From Lingula anatina (taxonomy: Eukaryota; Animalia; Brachiopoda), in contig JBPQGU010000013.1 in NCBI GenBank assembly GCA_051362555.1, positions 496,001-560,000 on the forward strand: 64,000 nt of DNA. Direction: 5' to 3'. Below the pieces are notes generated by a model that saw only the letters and a program-made list of their open reading frames with translations, was not told where the DNA came from and did not search any database. Both the position numbers and the translations under genes were made by a program. Below are positions 13,035 to 26,900 of this stretch, in pieces (the first letter of the stretch is position 1; each line of letters starts with the position of its first letter).

Positions 13035-16000
13035 TATTCTGTTCTCAGAGCTTATTTTTGGATCATCTTTAAAGCTAGAATTGGGGGCCTTGATGAAGTG
13101 ACCCGGGCGCGTTGTCACATTTTTTATGAATGACAGGTGTGGTAGATTGATTTTCGTCACTTTTTGGAAAAATCGGAGACGGGTCCATTTTTGGTGATTT
13201 TGAGTGATTTTGAACAGTGCCGGCACTGTGAGATTTCTTCAATTTTGGCCAGGTAGGGATGAAAATTTTTTTTCTTCATTATAGTGTCAGGTAGGTGTGT
13301 TCGGTCATTTGTAGTAAGAATAAAGTGCTGGAAGAGTGGTGGTGTCAACATTAAGGAAGAAATAGAGCAAAAACTCTCTCTCCCCCCCCCTCTCAGATTC
13401 TGTTCTCAGAGCTTATTTTTGGATCATCTTTAAAGCTAGAATTGGGGGCCTTGATGAAGTGACCCGGGCGCGTTTCCACATTTTTTATGAATGACAGGTG
13501 TGGTAGATTGATTTTCGTCACTTTTTGGAAAAATCGGAGACGGGTCCATTTTTGGTGATTTTGAGTGATTTTGAACAGTGCCGGCACTGTGAGATTTCTT
13601 CAATTTTGGCCAGGTAGGGATGAAAATTTTTTTTCTTCATTATAGTGTCAGGTAGGTGTGTTCGGTCATTTGTAGTAAGAATAAAGTGCTGGAAGAGTGG
13701 TGGTGTCAACATTAAGGAAGAAATAGAGCAAAAACTCTCTCTTCCCCCCCCCTCTCAGATTCTGTTCTCAGAGCTTATTTTTGGATCATCTTTAAAGCTA
13801 GAATTGGGGGCCTTGATGAAGTGACCCGGGCGCGTTTCCACATTTTTTATGAATGACAGGTGTGGTAGATTGATTTTCGTCACTTTTTGGAAAAATCGGA
13901 GACGGGTCGATTTTTGGTGATTTTGAGTGATTTTGAACAGTGCCGGCACTGTGAGATTTCTTAAATTTTGGCCAGGTAGGGATGAAAATTTTTTTTCTTC
14001 ATTATAGTGTCAGGTAGGTGTGTTCGGTCATTTGTAGTAAGAATAAAGTGCTGGAAGAGTGGTGGTGTCAACATTAAGGAAGAAATAGAGCAAAAACTCT
14101 CTCTTCCCCCCCCCCCCTCAGATTCTGTTCTCAGAGCTTATTTTTGGATCATCTTTAAAGCTAGAATTGGGGGCCTTGATGAAGTGACCCGGGCGCGTTT
14201 CCACATTTTTTATGAATGACAGGTGTGGTAGATTGATTTTCGTCACTTTTGGAAAAATCGGAGACGGGTCGATTTTTGGTGATTTTGAGTGATTTTGAAC
14301 AGTGCCGGCACTGTGAGATTTCTTCAATTTTGGCCAGGTAGGGATGAAAATTTTTTTTCTTCATTATAGTGTCAGGTAGGTGTGTTCGGTCATTTGTAGT
14401 AAGAATAAAGTGCTGGAAGAGTGGTGGTGTCAACATTAAGGAAGAAATAGAGCAAAAACTCTGTCTCTCCCCCCCCTCTCAGATTCTGTTCTCAGAGCTT
14501 ATTTTTGGATCATCTTTAAAGCTAGAATTGGGGGCCTTGATGAAGTGACCCGGGCGCGTTTCCACATTTTTTATGAATGACAGGTGTGGTAGATTGATTT
14601 TCGTCACTTTTTGGAAAAATCGGAGACGGGTCGATTTTTGGTGATTTTGAGTGATTTTGAACAGTGCCGGCACTGTGAGATTTCTTCAATTTTGGCCAGG
14701 TAGGGATGAAAATTTTTTTTCTTCATTATAGTGTCAGGTAGGTGTGTTCGGTCATTTGTAGTAAGAATAAAGTGCTGGAAGAGTGGTGGTGTCAACATTA
14801 AGGAAGAAATAGAGCAAAAACTCTGTCTCTCCCCCCCTCTCAGATTCTGTTCTCAGAGCTTATTTTTGGATCATCTTTAAAGCTAGAATTGGGGGCCTTG
14901 ATGAAGTGACCCGGGCGCGTTTCCACATTTTTTATGAATGACAGGTGTGGTAGATTGATTTTCGTCACTTTTTGGAAAAATCGGATTTTTGGTGATTTTG
15001 AGTGATTTTGAACAGTGCCGGCACTGTGAGATTTCTTCAATTTTGGCCAAGTAGGGATGAAAATTTTTTTTCTTCATTATAGTGTCAGGTAGGTGTGTTC
15101 GGTCATTTGTAGTAAGAATAAAGTGCTGGAAGAGTGGTGGTGTCAACATTAAGGAAGAAATAGAGCAAAAACTCTGTCTCTCCCCCCCCTCTCAGATTCT
15201 GTTCTCAGAGCTTATTTTTGGATCATCTTTAAAGCTAGAATTGGGGGCCTTGATGAAGTGACCCGGGCGCGTTTCCACATTTTTTATGAATGACAGGTGT
15301 GGTAGATTGATTTTCGTCACTTTTTGGAAAAATCGGAGACGGGTCGATTTTTGGTGATTTTGAGTGATTTTGAACAGTGCCGGCACTGTGAGATTTCTTC
15401 AATTTTGGCCAGGTAGGGATGAAAATTTTTTTTCTTCATTATAGTGTCAGGTAGGTGTGTTCGGTCATTTGTAGTAAGAATAAAGTGCTGGAAGAGTGGT
15501 GGTGTCAACATTAAGGAAGAAATAGAGCAAAAACTCTGTCTCTCCCCCCCCTCTCAGATTCTGTTCTCAGAGCTTATTTTTGGATCATCTTTAAAGCTAG
15601 AATTGGGGGCCTTGATGAAGTGACCCGGGCGCGTTTCCACATTTTTTATGAATGACAGGTGTGGTAGATTGATTTTCGTCACTTTTTGGATAAATCGGAG
15701 ACGGGTCGATTTTTGGTGATTTTGAGTGATTTTGAATAGTGCCGGCACTGTGAGATTTCTTCAATTTTGGCCAGGTAGGGATGAAAATTTTTTTCTTCAT
15801 TATAGTGTCAGGTAGGTGTGTTCGGTCATTTGTAGTAAGAATAAAGTGCTGGAAGAGTGGTGGTGTCAACATTAAGGAAGAAATAGAGCAAAAACTCTGT
15901 CTCTCCCCCCCCCTCTCAGATTCTGTTCTCAGAGCTTATTTTTGGATCATCTTTAAAGCTAGAATTGGGGGCCTTGATGAAGTGACCCGGGCGCGTTTCC

Positions 16001-19000
16001 ACATTTTTTATGAATGACAGGTGTGGTAGATTGATTTTCGTCACTTTTTGGAAAAATCGGAGACGGGTCGATTTTTGGTGATTTTGAGTGATTTTGAACA
16101 GTGCCGGCACTGTGAGATTTCTTCAATTTTGGCCAGGTAGGGATGAAAATTTTTTTTCTTCATTATAGTGTCAGGTAGGTGTGTTCGGTCATTTGTAGTA
16201 AGAATAAAGTGCTGGAAGAGTGGTGGTGTCAACATTAAGGAAGAAATAGAGCAAAAACTCTGTCTCTCCCCCCCCTCTCAGATTCTGTTCTCAGAGCTTA
16301 TTTTTGGATCATCTTTAAAGCTAGAATTGGGGGCCTTGATGAAGTGACCCGGGCGCGTTTCCACATTTTTTATGAATGACAGGTGTGGTAGATTGATTTT
16401 CGTCACTTTTTGGAAAAATCGGAGACGGGTCGATTTTTGGTGATTTTGAGTGATTTTGAACAGTGCCGGCACTGTGAGATTTCTTCAATTTTGGCCAGGT
16501 AGGGATGAAAATTTTTTTTCTTCATTATAGTGTCACGTAGGTGTGTTCGGTCATTTGTAGTAAGAATAAAGTGCTGGAAGAGTGGTGGTGTCAACATTAA
16601 GGAAGAAATAGAGCAAAAACACTGTCTCTCCCCCCCCCCTCTCAGATTCTGTTCTCAGAGCTTATTTTTGGATCATCTTTAAAGCTAGAATTGGGGGCCT
16701 TGATGAAGTGACCCGGGCGCGTTTCCACATTTTTTATGAATGACAGGTGTGGTAGATTGATTTTCGTCACTTTTTGGAAAAATCGGAGACGGGTTGATTT
16801 TTGGTGATTTTGAGTGATTTTGAACAGTGCCGGCACTGTGAGATTTCTTCAATTTTGGCCAGGTAGGGATGAAAATTTTTTTTCTTCATTATAGTGTCAG
16901 GTAGGTGTGTTCGGTCATTTGTAGTAAGAATAAAGTGCTGGAAGAGTGGTGGTGTCAACATTAAGGAAGAAATAGAGCAAAAACTCTGTCTCTCCCCCCC
17001 CCCCTCTCAGATTCTGTTCTCAGAGCTTATTTTTGGATCATCTTTAAAGCTAGAATTGGGGGCCTTGATGAAGTGACCCGGGCGCGTTGTCACATTTTTT
17101 ATGAATGACAGGTGTGGTAGATTGATTTTCGTCACTTTTTGGAAAAATCGGAGACGGGTCCATTTTTGGTGATTTTGAGTGATTTTGAACAGTGCCGGCA
17201 CTGTGAGATTTCTTCAATTTTGGCCAGGTAGGGATGAAAATTTTTTTTCTTCATTATAGTGTCAGGTAGGTGTGTTCGGTCATTTGTAGTAAGAATAAAG
17301 TGCTGGAAGAGTGGTGGTGTCAACATTAAGGAAGAAATAGAGCAAAAACTCTCTCTCCCCCCCCCTCTCAGATTCTGTTCTCAGAGCTTATTTTTGGATC
17401 ATCTTTAAAGCTAGAATTGGGGGCCTTGATGAAGTGACCCGGGCGCGTTTCCACATTTTTTATGAATGACAGGTGTGGTAGATTGATTTTCGTCACTTTT
17501 TGGAAAAATCGGAGACGGGTCCATTTTTGGTGATTTTGAGTGATTTTGAACAGTGCCGGCACTGTGAGATTTCTTCAATTTTGGCCAGGTAGGGATGAAA
17601 ATTTTTTTTCTTCATTATAGTGTCAGGTAGGTGTGTTCGGTCATTTGTAGTAAGAATAAAGTGCTGGAAGAGTGGTGGTGTCAACATTAAGGAAGAAATA
17701 GAGCAAAAACTCTCTCTCCCCCCCCCCCCTCTCAGATTCTGTTCTCAGAGCTTATTTTTGGATCATCTTTAAAGCTAGAATTGGGGGCCTTGATGAAGTG
17801 ACCCGGGCGCGTTTCCACATTTTTTATGAATGACAGGTGTGGTAGATTGATTTTCGTCACTTTTTGGAAAAATCGGAGACGGGTCGATTTTTGGTGATTT
17901 TGAGTGATTTTGAACAGTGCCGGCACTGTGAGATTTCTTAAATTTTGGCCAGGTAGGGATGAAAATTTTTTTTCTTCATTATAGTGTCAGGTAGGTGTGT
18001 TCGGTCATTTGTAGTAAGAATAAAGTGCTGGAAGAGTGGTGGTGTCAACATTAAGGAAGAAATAGAGCAAAAACTCTCTCTTCCCCCCCCCCCCTCAGAT
18101 TCTGTTCTCAGAGCTTATTTTTGGATCATCTTTAAAGCTAGAATTGGGGGCCTTGATGAAGTGACCCGGGCGCGTTTCCACATTTTTTATGAATGACAGG
18201 TGTGGTAGATTGATTTTCGTCACTTTTGGAAAAATCGGAGACGGGTCGATTTTTGGTGATTTTGAGTGATTTTGAACAGTGCCGGCACTGTGAGATTTCT
18301 TCAATTTTGGCCAGGTAGGGATGAAAATTTTTTTTCTTCATTATAGTGTCAGGTAGGTGTGTTCGGTCATTTGTAGTAAGAATAAAGTGCTGGAAGAGTG
18401 GTGGTGTCAACATTAAGGAAGAAATAGAGCAAAAACTCTGTCTCTCCCCCCCCTCTCAGATTCTGTTCTCAGAGCTTATTTTTGGATCATCTTTAAAGCT
18501 AGAATTGGGGGCCTTGATGAAGTGACCCGGGCGCGTTTCCACATTTTTTATGAATGACAGGTGTGGTAGATTGATTTTCGTCACTTTTTGGAAAAATCGG
18601 AGACGGGTCGATTTTTGGTGATTTTGAGTGATTTTGAACAGTGCCGGCACTGTGAGATTTCTTCAATTTTGGCCAGGTAGGGATGAAAATTTTTTTTCTT
18701 CATTATAGTGTCAGGTAGGTGTGTTCGGTCATTTGTAGTAAGAATAAAGTGCTGGAAGAGTGGTGGTGTCAACATTAAGGAAGAAATAGAGCAAAAACTC
18801 TGTCTCTCCCCCCCTCTCAGATTCTGTTCTCAGAGCTTATTTTTGGATCATCTTTAAAGCTAGAATTGGGGGCCTTGATGAAGTGACCCGGGCGCGTTTC
18901 CACATTTTTTATGAATGACAGGTGTGGTAGATTGATTTTCGTCACTTTTTGGAAAAATCGGATTTTTGGTGATTTTGAGTGATTTTGAACAGTGCCGGCA

Positions 19001-20990
19001 CTGTGAGATTTCTTCAATTTTGGCCAAGTAGGGATGAAAATTTTTTTTCTTCATTATAGTGTCAGGTAGGTGTGTTCGGTCATTTGTAGTAAGAATAAAG
19101 TGCTGGAAGAGTGGTGGTGTCAACATTAAGGAAGAAATAGAGCAAAAACTCTGTCTCTCCCCCCCCTCTCAGATTCTGTTCTCAGAGCTTATTTTTGGAT
19201 CATCTTTAAAGCTAGAATTGGGGGCCTTGATGAAGTGACCCGGGCGCGTTTCCACATTTTTTATGAATGACAGGTGTGGTAGATTGATTTTCGTCACTTT
19301 TTGGAAAAATCGGAGACGGGTCGATTTTTGGTGATTTTGAGTGATTTTGAACAGTGCCGGCACTGTGAGATTTCTTCAATTTTGGCCAGGTAGGGATGAA
19401 AATTTTTTTTCTTCATTATAGTGTCAGGTAGGTGTGTTCGGTCATTTGTAGTAAGAATAAAGTGCTGGAAGAGTGGTGGTGTCAACATTAAGGAAGAAAT
19501 AGAGCAAAAACTCTGTCTCTCCCCCCCCCTCTCAGATTCTGTTCTCAGAGCTTATTTTTGGATCATCTTTAAAGCTAGAATTGGGGGCCTTGATGAAGTG
19601 ACCCGGGCGCGTTTCCACATTTTTTATGAATGACAGGTGTGGTAGATTGATTTTCGTCACTTTTTGGATAAATCGGAGACGGGTCGATTTTTGGTGATTT
19701 TGAGTGATTTTGAATAGTGCCGGCACTGTGAGATTTCTTCAATTTTGGCCAGGTAGGGATGAAAATTTTTTTCTTCATTATAGTGTCAGGTAGGTGTGTT
19801 CGGTCATTTGTAGTAAGAATAAAGTGCTGGAAGAGTGGTGGTGTCAACATTAAGGAAGAAATAGAGCAAAAACTCTGTCTCTCCCCCCCCCTCTCAGATT
19901 CTGTTCTCAGAGCTTATTTTTGGATCATCTTTAAAGCTAGAATTGGGGGCCTTGATGAAGTGACCCGGGCGCGTTTCCACATTTTTTATGAATGACAGGT
20001 GTGGTAGATTGATTTTCGTCACTTTTTGGAAAAATCGGAGACGGGTCGATTTTTGGTGATTTTGAGTGATTTTGAACAGTGCCGGCACTGTGAGATTTCT
20101 TCAATTTTGGCCAGGTAGGGATGAAAATTTTTTTTCTTCATTATAGTGTCAGGTAGGTGTGTTCGGTCATTTGTAGTAAGAATAAAGTGCTGGAAGAGTG
20201 GTGGTGTCAACATTAAGGAAGAAATAGAGCAAAAACTCTGTCTCTCCCCCCCCCTCTCAGATTCTGTTCTCAGAGCTTATTTTTGGATCATCTTTAAAGC
20301 TAGAATTGGGGGCCTTGATGAAGTGACCCGGGCGCGTTTCCACATTTTTTATGAATGACAGGTGTGGTAGATTGATTTTCGTCACTTTTTGGAAAAATCG
20401 GAGACGGGTCGATTTTTGGTGATTTTGAGTGATTTTGAACAGTGCCGGCACTGTGAGATTTCTTCAATTTTGGCCAGGTAGGGATGAAAATTTTTTTTCT
20501 TCATTATAGTGTCACGTAGGTGTGTTCGGTCATTTGTAGTAAGAATAAAGTGCTGGAAGAGTGGTGGTGTCAACATTAAGGAAGAAATAGAGCAAAAACA
20601 CTGTCTCTCCCCCCCCCCTCTCAGATTCTGTTCTCAGAGCTTATTTTTGGATCATCTTTAAAGCTAGAATTGGGGGCCTTGATGAAGTGACCCGGGCGCG
20701 TTTCCACATTTTTTATGAATGACAGGTGTGGTAGATTGATTTTCGTCACTTTTTGGAAAAATCGGAGACGGGTTGATTTTTGGTGATTTTGAGTGATTTT
20801 GAACAGTGCCGGCACTGTGAGATTTCTTCAATTTTGGCCAGGTAGGGATGAAAATTTTTTTTCTTCATTATAGTGTCAGGTAGGTGTGTTCGGTCATTTG
20901 TAGTAAGAATAAAGTGCTGGAAGAGTGGTGGTGTCAACATTAAGGAAGAAATAGAGCAAAAACTCTGTCTCTCCCCCCCCCCCTCTCAGA
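13035..20990. repeat. Tandem duplication of an 11-monomer (~3977-bp) block within the satellite
   Basis: Private variants recur in the same order ~3975-3979 bp apart: 10-bp deletion tcgga|ttttt with ccaagtag (14985/18962), ggataaat with tgaatagt (~15691/~19669), gtcacgtag with aaacactg (~16536/~20515), gggttgat (~16795/~20774), and cttttgg (~14250/~18227). Breakpoints are approximate. Confidence 0.93.
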
Positions 20991-23900
20991 TTCTGTTCTC
21001 AGAGCTTATTTTTGGATCATCTTTAAAGCTAGAATTGGGGGCCTTGATGAAGTGACCCGGGCGCGTTTCCACATTTTTTATGAATGACAGGTGTGGTAGA
21101 TTGATTTTCGTCACTTTTTGGAAAAATCGGAGACGGGTCGATTTTTGGTGATTTTGAGTGATTTTGAACAGTGCCGGCACTGTGAGATTTCTTCAATTTT
21201 GGCCAGGTAGGGATGAAAATTTTTTTTCTTCATTATAGTGTCAGGTAGGTGTGTTCGGTCATTTGTAGTAAGAATAAAGTGCTGGAAGAGTGGTGGTGTC
21301 AACATTAAGGAAGAAATAGAGCAAAAACTCTGTCTCTCCCCCCCCTCTCAGATTCTGTTCTCAGAGCTTATTTTTGGATCATCTTTAAAGCTAGAATTGG
21401 GGGCCTTGATGAAGTGACCCGGGCGCGTTTCCACATTTTTTATGAATGACAGGTGTGGTAGATTGATTTTCGTCACTTTTTGGAAAAATCGGAGACGGGT
21501 CGATTTTTGGTGATTTTGAGTGATTTTGAACAGTGCCGGCACTGTGAGATTTCTTCAATTTTGGCCAGGTAGGGATGAAAATTTTTTTTCTTCATTATAG
21601 TGTCAGGTAGGTGTGTTCGGTCATTTGTAGTAAGAATAAAGTGCTGGAAGAGTGGTGGTGTCAACATTAAGGAAGAAATAGAGCAAAAACTCTGTCTCTC
21701 CCCCCCCCCCCTCTCAGATTCTGTTCTCAGAGCTTATTTTTGGATCATCTTTAAAGCTAGAATTGGGGGCCTTGATGAAGTGACCCGGGCGCGTTTCCAC
21801 ATTTTTTATGAATGACAGGTGTGGTAGATTGATTTTCGTCACTTTTTGGAAAAATCGGAGACGGGTCGATTTTTGGTGATTTTGAGTGATTTTGAACAGT
21901 GCCGGCACTGTGAGATTTCTTCAATTTTGGCCAGGTAGGGATGAAAATTTTTTTTCTTCATTATAGTGTCAGGTATGTGTGTTCGGTCATTTGTAGTAAG
22001 AATAAAGTGCTGGAAGAGTGGTGGTATCAACATTAAGGAAGAAATAGAGCAAAAACTCTGTCCTTCCACCCCCCTCTCAGATTCTGTTCTCAGAGCTTAT
22101 TTTTGGATCATCTTTAAAGCTAGAATTGGGGGCCTTGATGAAGTGACCCTGGCGCGTTTCCACATTTTTTATGAATGACAGGTGTGGTAGATTGATTTTC
22201 GTCACTTTTTGGAAAAATCGGAGACGGGTCGATTTTTGGTGATTTTGAGTGATTTTGAAGAGTGCCGGCACTGTGAGATTTCTTCAATTTTGGCCAGGTA
22301 GGGATGAAAATTTTTTTTCTTCATTATAGTGTCAGGTAGGTGTGTTCGGTCATTTGTAGTAAGAATAAAGTGCTGGAAGAGTGGTGGTGTCAACATTAAG
22401 GAAGAAATAGAGCAAAAACTCTGTCTCTCCCCCCCCTCTCAGATTCTGTTCTCAGAGCTTATTTTTGGATCATCTTTAAAGCTAGAATTGGGGGCCTTGA
22501 TGAAGTGACCCGGGCGCGTTTCCACATTTTTTATGAATGACAGGTGTGGTAGATTGATGTTTGTCACTTTTTGGAAAAATCGGAGACGGGTCGATTTTTG
22601 GTGATTTTGAGTGATTTTGAACAGTGCCGGCACTGTGAGATTTCTTCAATTTTGGCCAGGTAGTAATGAAAATTTTTTTTTCTTCATTATAGTGTCAGGT
22701 AGGTGTGTTCGGTCATTTGTAGTAAGAATAAAGTGCTGGAAGAGTGGTGGTGTCAACATTAAGGAAGAAATAGAGCAAAAGCTCTGTCTCTCCCCCCCCC
22801 CTCTCAGATTCTGTTCTCAGAGCTTATTTTTGGATCATCTTTAAAGCTAGAATTGGGGGCCTTGATGAAGTGACCCGGGCGCGTTGTCACATTTTTTATG
22901 AATGACAGGTGTGGTAGATTGATTTTCGTCACTTTTTGGAAAAATCGGAGACGGGTCGATTTTTGGTGATTTTGAGTGATTTTGAACAGTGCCGGCACTG
23001 TGAGATTTCTTAAATTTTGGCCAGGTAGGGATGAAAATTTTTTTTCTTCATTATAGTGTCAGGTAGGTGTGTTCGGTCATTTGTAGTAAGAATAAAGTGC
23101 TGGAAGAGTGGTGGTGTCAACATTAAGGAAGAAATAGAGCAAAAACTCTCTCTTCCCCCCCCCCTCTCAGATTCTGTTCTCAGAGCTTATTTTTGGATCA
23201 TCTTTAAAGCTAGAATTGGGGGCCTTGATGAAGTGACCCGGGCGCGTTTCCACATTTTTTATGAATGACAGGTGTGGTAGATTGATGTTCGTCCCTTTTT
23301 GGAAAAATCAGAGACGGGTCGATTTTTGGTGATTTTGAGTGATTTTGAACAGTGCCGGCACTGTGAGATTTCTTCAATTTTGGCCAGGTAGGGATGAAAA
23401 TTTTTTTTCTTCATTATAGTGTCAGGTAGGTGTGTTCGGTCATTTGTAGTAAGAATAAAGTGCTGGAAGAGTGGTGGTGTCAACATTAAGGAAGAAATAG
23501 AGCAAAAACTCTCTCTCCCCCCCCCTCTCAGATTCTGTTCTCAGAGCTTATTTTTGGATCATCTTTAAAGCTAGAATTGGGGGCCTTGATGAAGTGACCC
23601 GGGCGCGTTTCCACATTTTTTATGAATGACAGGTGTGGTAGATTGATTTTCCTCACTTTTTGGAAAAATCGGAGACGGGTCGATTTTTGGTGATTTTGAG
23701 TGATTTTGAACAGTGCCGGCACTGTGAGATTTCTTCAATTTTGGCCAGGTAGGGATGAAAATTTTTTTCTTCATTATAGTGTCAGGTAGGTGTGTTCGGT
23801 CATTTGTAGTAAGAATAAAGTGCTGGAAGAGTGGTGGTGTCAACATTAAGGAAGAAATAGAGCAAAAACTCTCTCTCCCCCCCCCTCTCAGATTCTGTTC

Positions 23901-26900
23901 TCAGAGCTTATTTTTGGATCATCTTTAAAGCTAGAATTGGGGGCCTTGATGAAGTGACCCGGGCACGTTTCCACATTTTTTATGAATGACAGGTGTGGTA
24001 GATTGATTTTCCTCACTTTTTGGAAAAATCGGAGACGGGTCGATTTTTGGTGATTTTGAGTGATTTTGAACAGTGCCGGCACTGTGAGATTTCTTCAATT
24101 TTGGCCAGGTAGGGATGAAAATTTTTTTTCTTCATTATAGTGTCAGGTAGGTGTGTTCGGTCATTTGTAGTAAGAATAAAGTGCTGGAAGAGTGGTGGTG
24201 TCAACATTAAGGAAGAAATAGAGCAAAAACTCTCACTCCCCCCCCCCCTCTCAGATTCTGTTCTCAGAGCTTATTTTTGGATCATCTTTAAAGCTAGAAT
24301 TGGGGGCCTTGATGAAGTGACCCGGGCGCGTTTCCACATTTTTTATGAATGACAGGTGTGGTAGATTGATTTTCCTCACTTTTTGGAAAAATGACAGGTG
24401 TGGTAGATTGATTTTTGGTGATTTTGAGTGATTTTGAACAGTGCCGGCACTGTGAGATTTCTTCAATTTTGGCCAGGTAGGGATGAAAATTTTTTTTCTT
24501 CATTATAGTGTCAGGTAGGTGTGTTCGGTCATTTGTAGTAAGAATAAAGTGCTGGAAGAGTGGTGGTGTCAACATTACAGAAGAAATAGAGCAAAAACTC
24601 TCTCTCCCCCCCCCCTCTCAGATTCTGTTCTCAGAGCTTATTTTTGGATCATCTTTAAAGCTAGAATTGGGGGCCTTGATGAAGTGACCCGGGCGCGTTT
24701 CCACATTTTTTATGAATGACAGGTGTGGTAGATTGATTTTCCTCACTTTTTGGAAAAATCGGAGACGGGTCGATTTTTGGTGATTTTGAGTGATTTTGAA
24801 CAGTGCCGGCACTGTGAGATTTCTTCAATTTTGGCCAGGTAGGGATGAAAATTTTTTTTCTTCATTATAGTGTCAGGTAGGTGTGTTCGGTCATTTGTAG
24901 TAAGAATAAAGTGCTGGAAGAGTGGTGGTGTCAACATTAAGGAAGAAATAGAGCAAAAACTCTCTCTCCCCCCCCCTCTCAGATTCTGTTCTCAGAGCTT
25001 ATTTTTGGATCATCTTTAAAGCTAGAATTGGGGGCCTTGATGAAGTGACCCGGGCGCGTTTCCACATTTTTTATGAATGACAGGTGTGGTAGATTGATTT
25101 TCCTCACTTTTTGGAAAAATCGGAGACGGGTCGATTTTTGGTGATTTTGAGTGATTTTGAACAGTGCCGGCACTGTGAGATTTCTTCAATTTTGGCCAGG
25201 TAGGGATGAAAATTTTTTTTCTTCATTATAGTGTCAGGTAGGTGTGTTCGGTCATTTGTAGTAAGAATAAAGTGCTGGAAGAGTGGTGGTGTCAACATTA
25301 AGGAAGAAATAGAGCAAAAACTCTCTCTCCCCCCCCCCCCTCTCAGATTCTGTTCTCAGAGCTTATTTTTGGATCATCTTTAAAGATAGAATTGGGGGCC
25401 TTGATGAAGTGACCCGGGCGCGTTTCCACATTTTTTATGAATGACAGGTGTGGTAGATTGATTTTCCTCACTTTTTGGAAAAATTACAGGTGTGGTAGAT
25501 TGATTTTTGGTGATTTTGAGTGATTTTGAACAGTGCCGGCACTGTGAGATTTCTTCAATTTTGGCCAGGTAGGGATGAAAATTTTTTTCTTCATTATAGT
25601 GTCAGGTAGGTGTGTTCGGTCATTTGTAGTAAGAATAAAGTGCTGGAAGAGTGGTGGTGTCAACATTAAGGAAGAAATAGAGCAAAAACTCTCTCTCCCC
25701 CCCCCTCTCAGATTCTGTTCTCAGAGCTTATTTTTGGATCATCTTTAAAGCTAGAATTGGGGGCCTTGATGAAGTGACCCGGGCGCGTTCATTTTTTATG
25801 AATGACAGGTGTGGTAGATTGATTTTCCTCACTTTTTGGAAAAATCGGAGACGGGTCGATTTTTGGTGATTTTGAGTGATTTTGAACAGTGCCGGCACTG
25901 TGAGATTTCTTCAATTTTGGCCAGGTAGGGATGAAAATTTTTTTTCTTCATTATAGTGTCAGGTAGGTGTGTTCGGTCATTTGTAGTAAGAATAAAGTGC
26001 TGGAAGAGTGGTGGTGTCAACATTAAGGAAGAAATAGAGCAAAAACTCTCTCTCCCCCCCCCCTCTCAGATTCTGTTCTCAGAGCTTATTTTTGGATCAT
26101 CTTTAAAGCTAGAATTGGGGGCCTTGATGAAGTGACCCGGGCGCGTTTCCACATTTTTTATGAATGACAGGTGTGGTAGATTGATTTTCCTCACTTTTTG
26201 GAAAAATCGGAGACGGGTCGATTTTTGGTGATTTTGAGTGATTTTGAACAGTGCCGGCACTGTGAGATTTCTTCAATTTTGGCCAGGTAGGGATGAAAAT
26301 TTTTTTTCTTCATTATAGTGTCAGGTAGGTGTGTTCGGTCATTTGTAGTAAGAATAAAGTGCTGGAAGAGTGGTGGTGTCAACATTAAGGAAGAAATAGA
26401 GCAAAAACTCTCTCTCCCCCCCCCCCTCTCAGATTCTGTTCTCAGAGCTTATTTTTAGATCATCTTTAAAGCTAGAATTGGGGGCCTTGATGAAGTGACC
26501 CGGGCGCGTTTCCACATTTTTTATGAATGACAGGTGTGGTAGATTGATTTTCCTCACTTTTTGGAAAAATCGGAGACGGGTCGATTTTTGGTGATTTTGA
26601 GTGATTTTGAACAGTGCCGGCACTGTGAGATTTCTTCAATTTTGGCCAGGTAGGGATGAAAATTTTTTTTCTTCATTATAGTGTCAGGTAGGTGTGTTCG
26701 GTCATTTGTAGTAAGAATAAAGTGCTGGAAGAGTGGTGGTGTCAACATTAAGGAAGAAATAGAGCAAAAACTCTCTCTCCCCCCCCCCCTCTCAGATTCT
26801 GTTCTCAGAGCTTATTTTTAGATCATCTTTAAAGCTAGAATTGGGGGCCTTGATGAAGTGACCCGGGCGCGTTTCCACATTTTTTATGAATGACAGGTGT

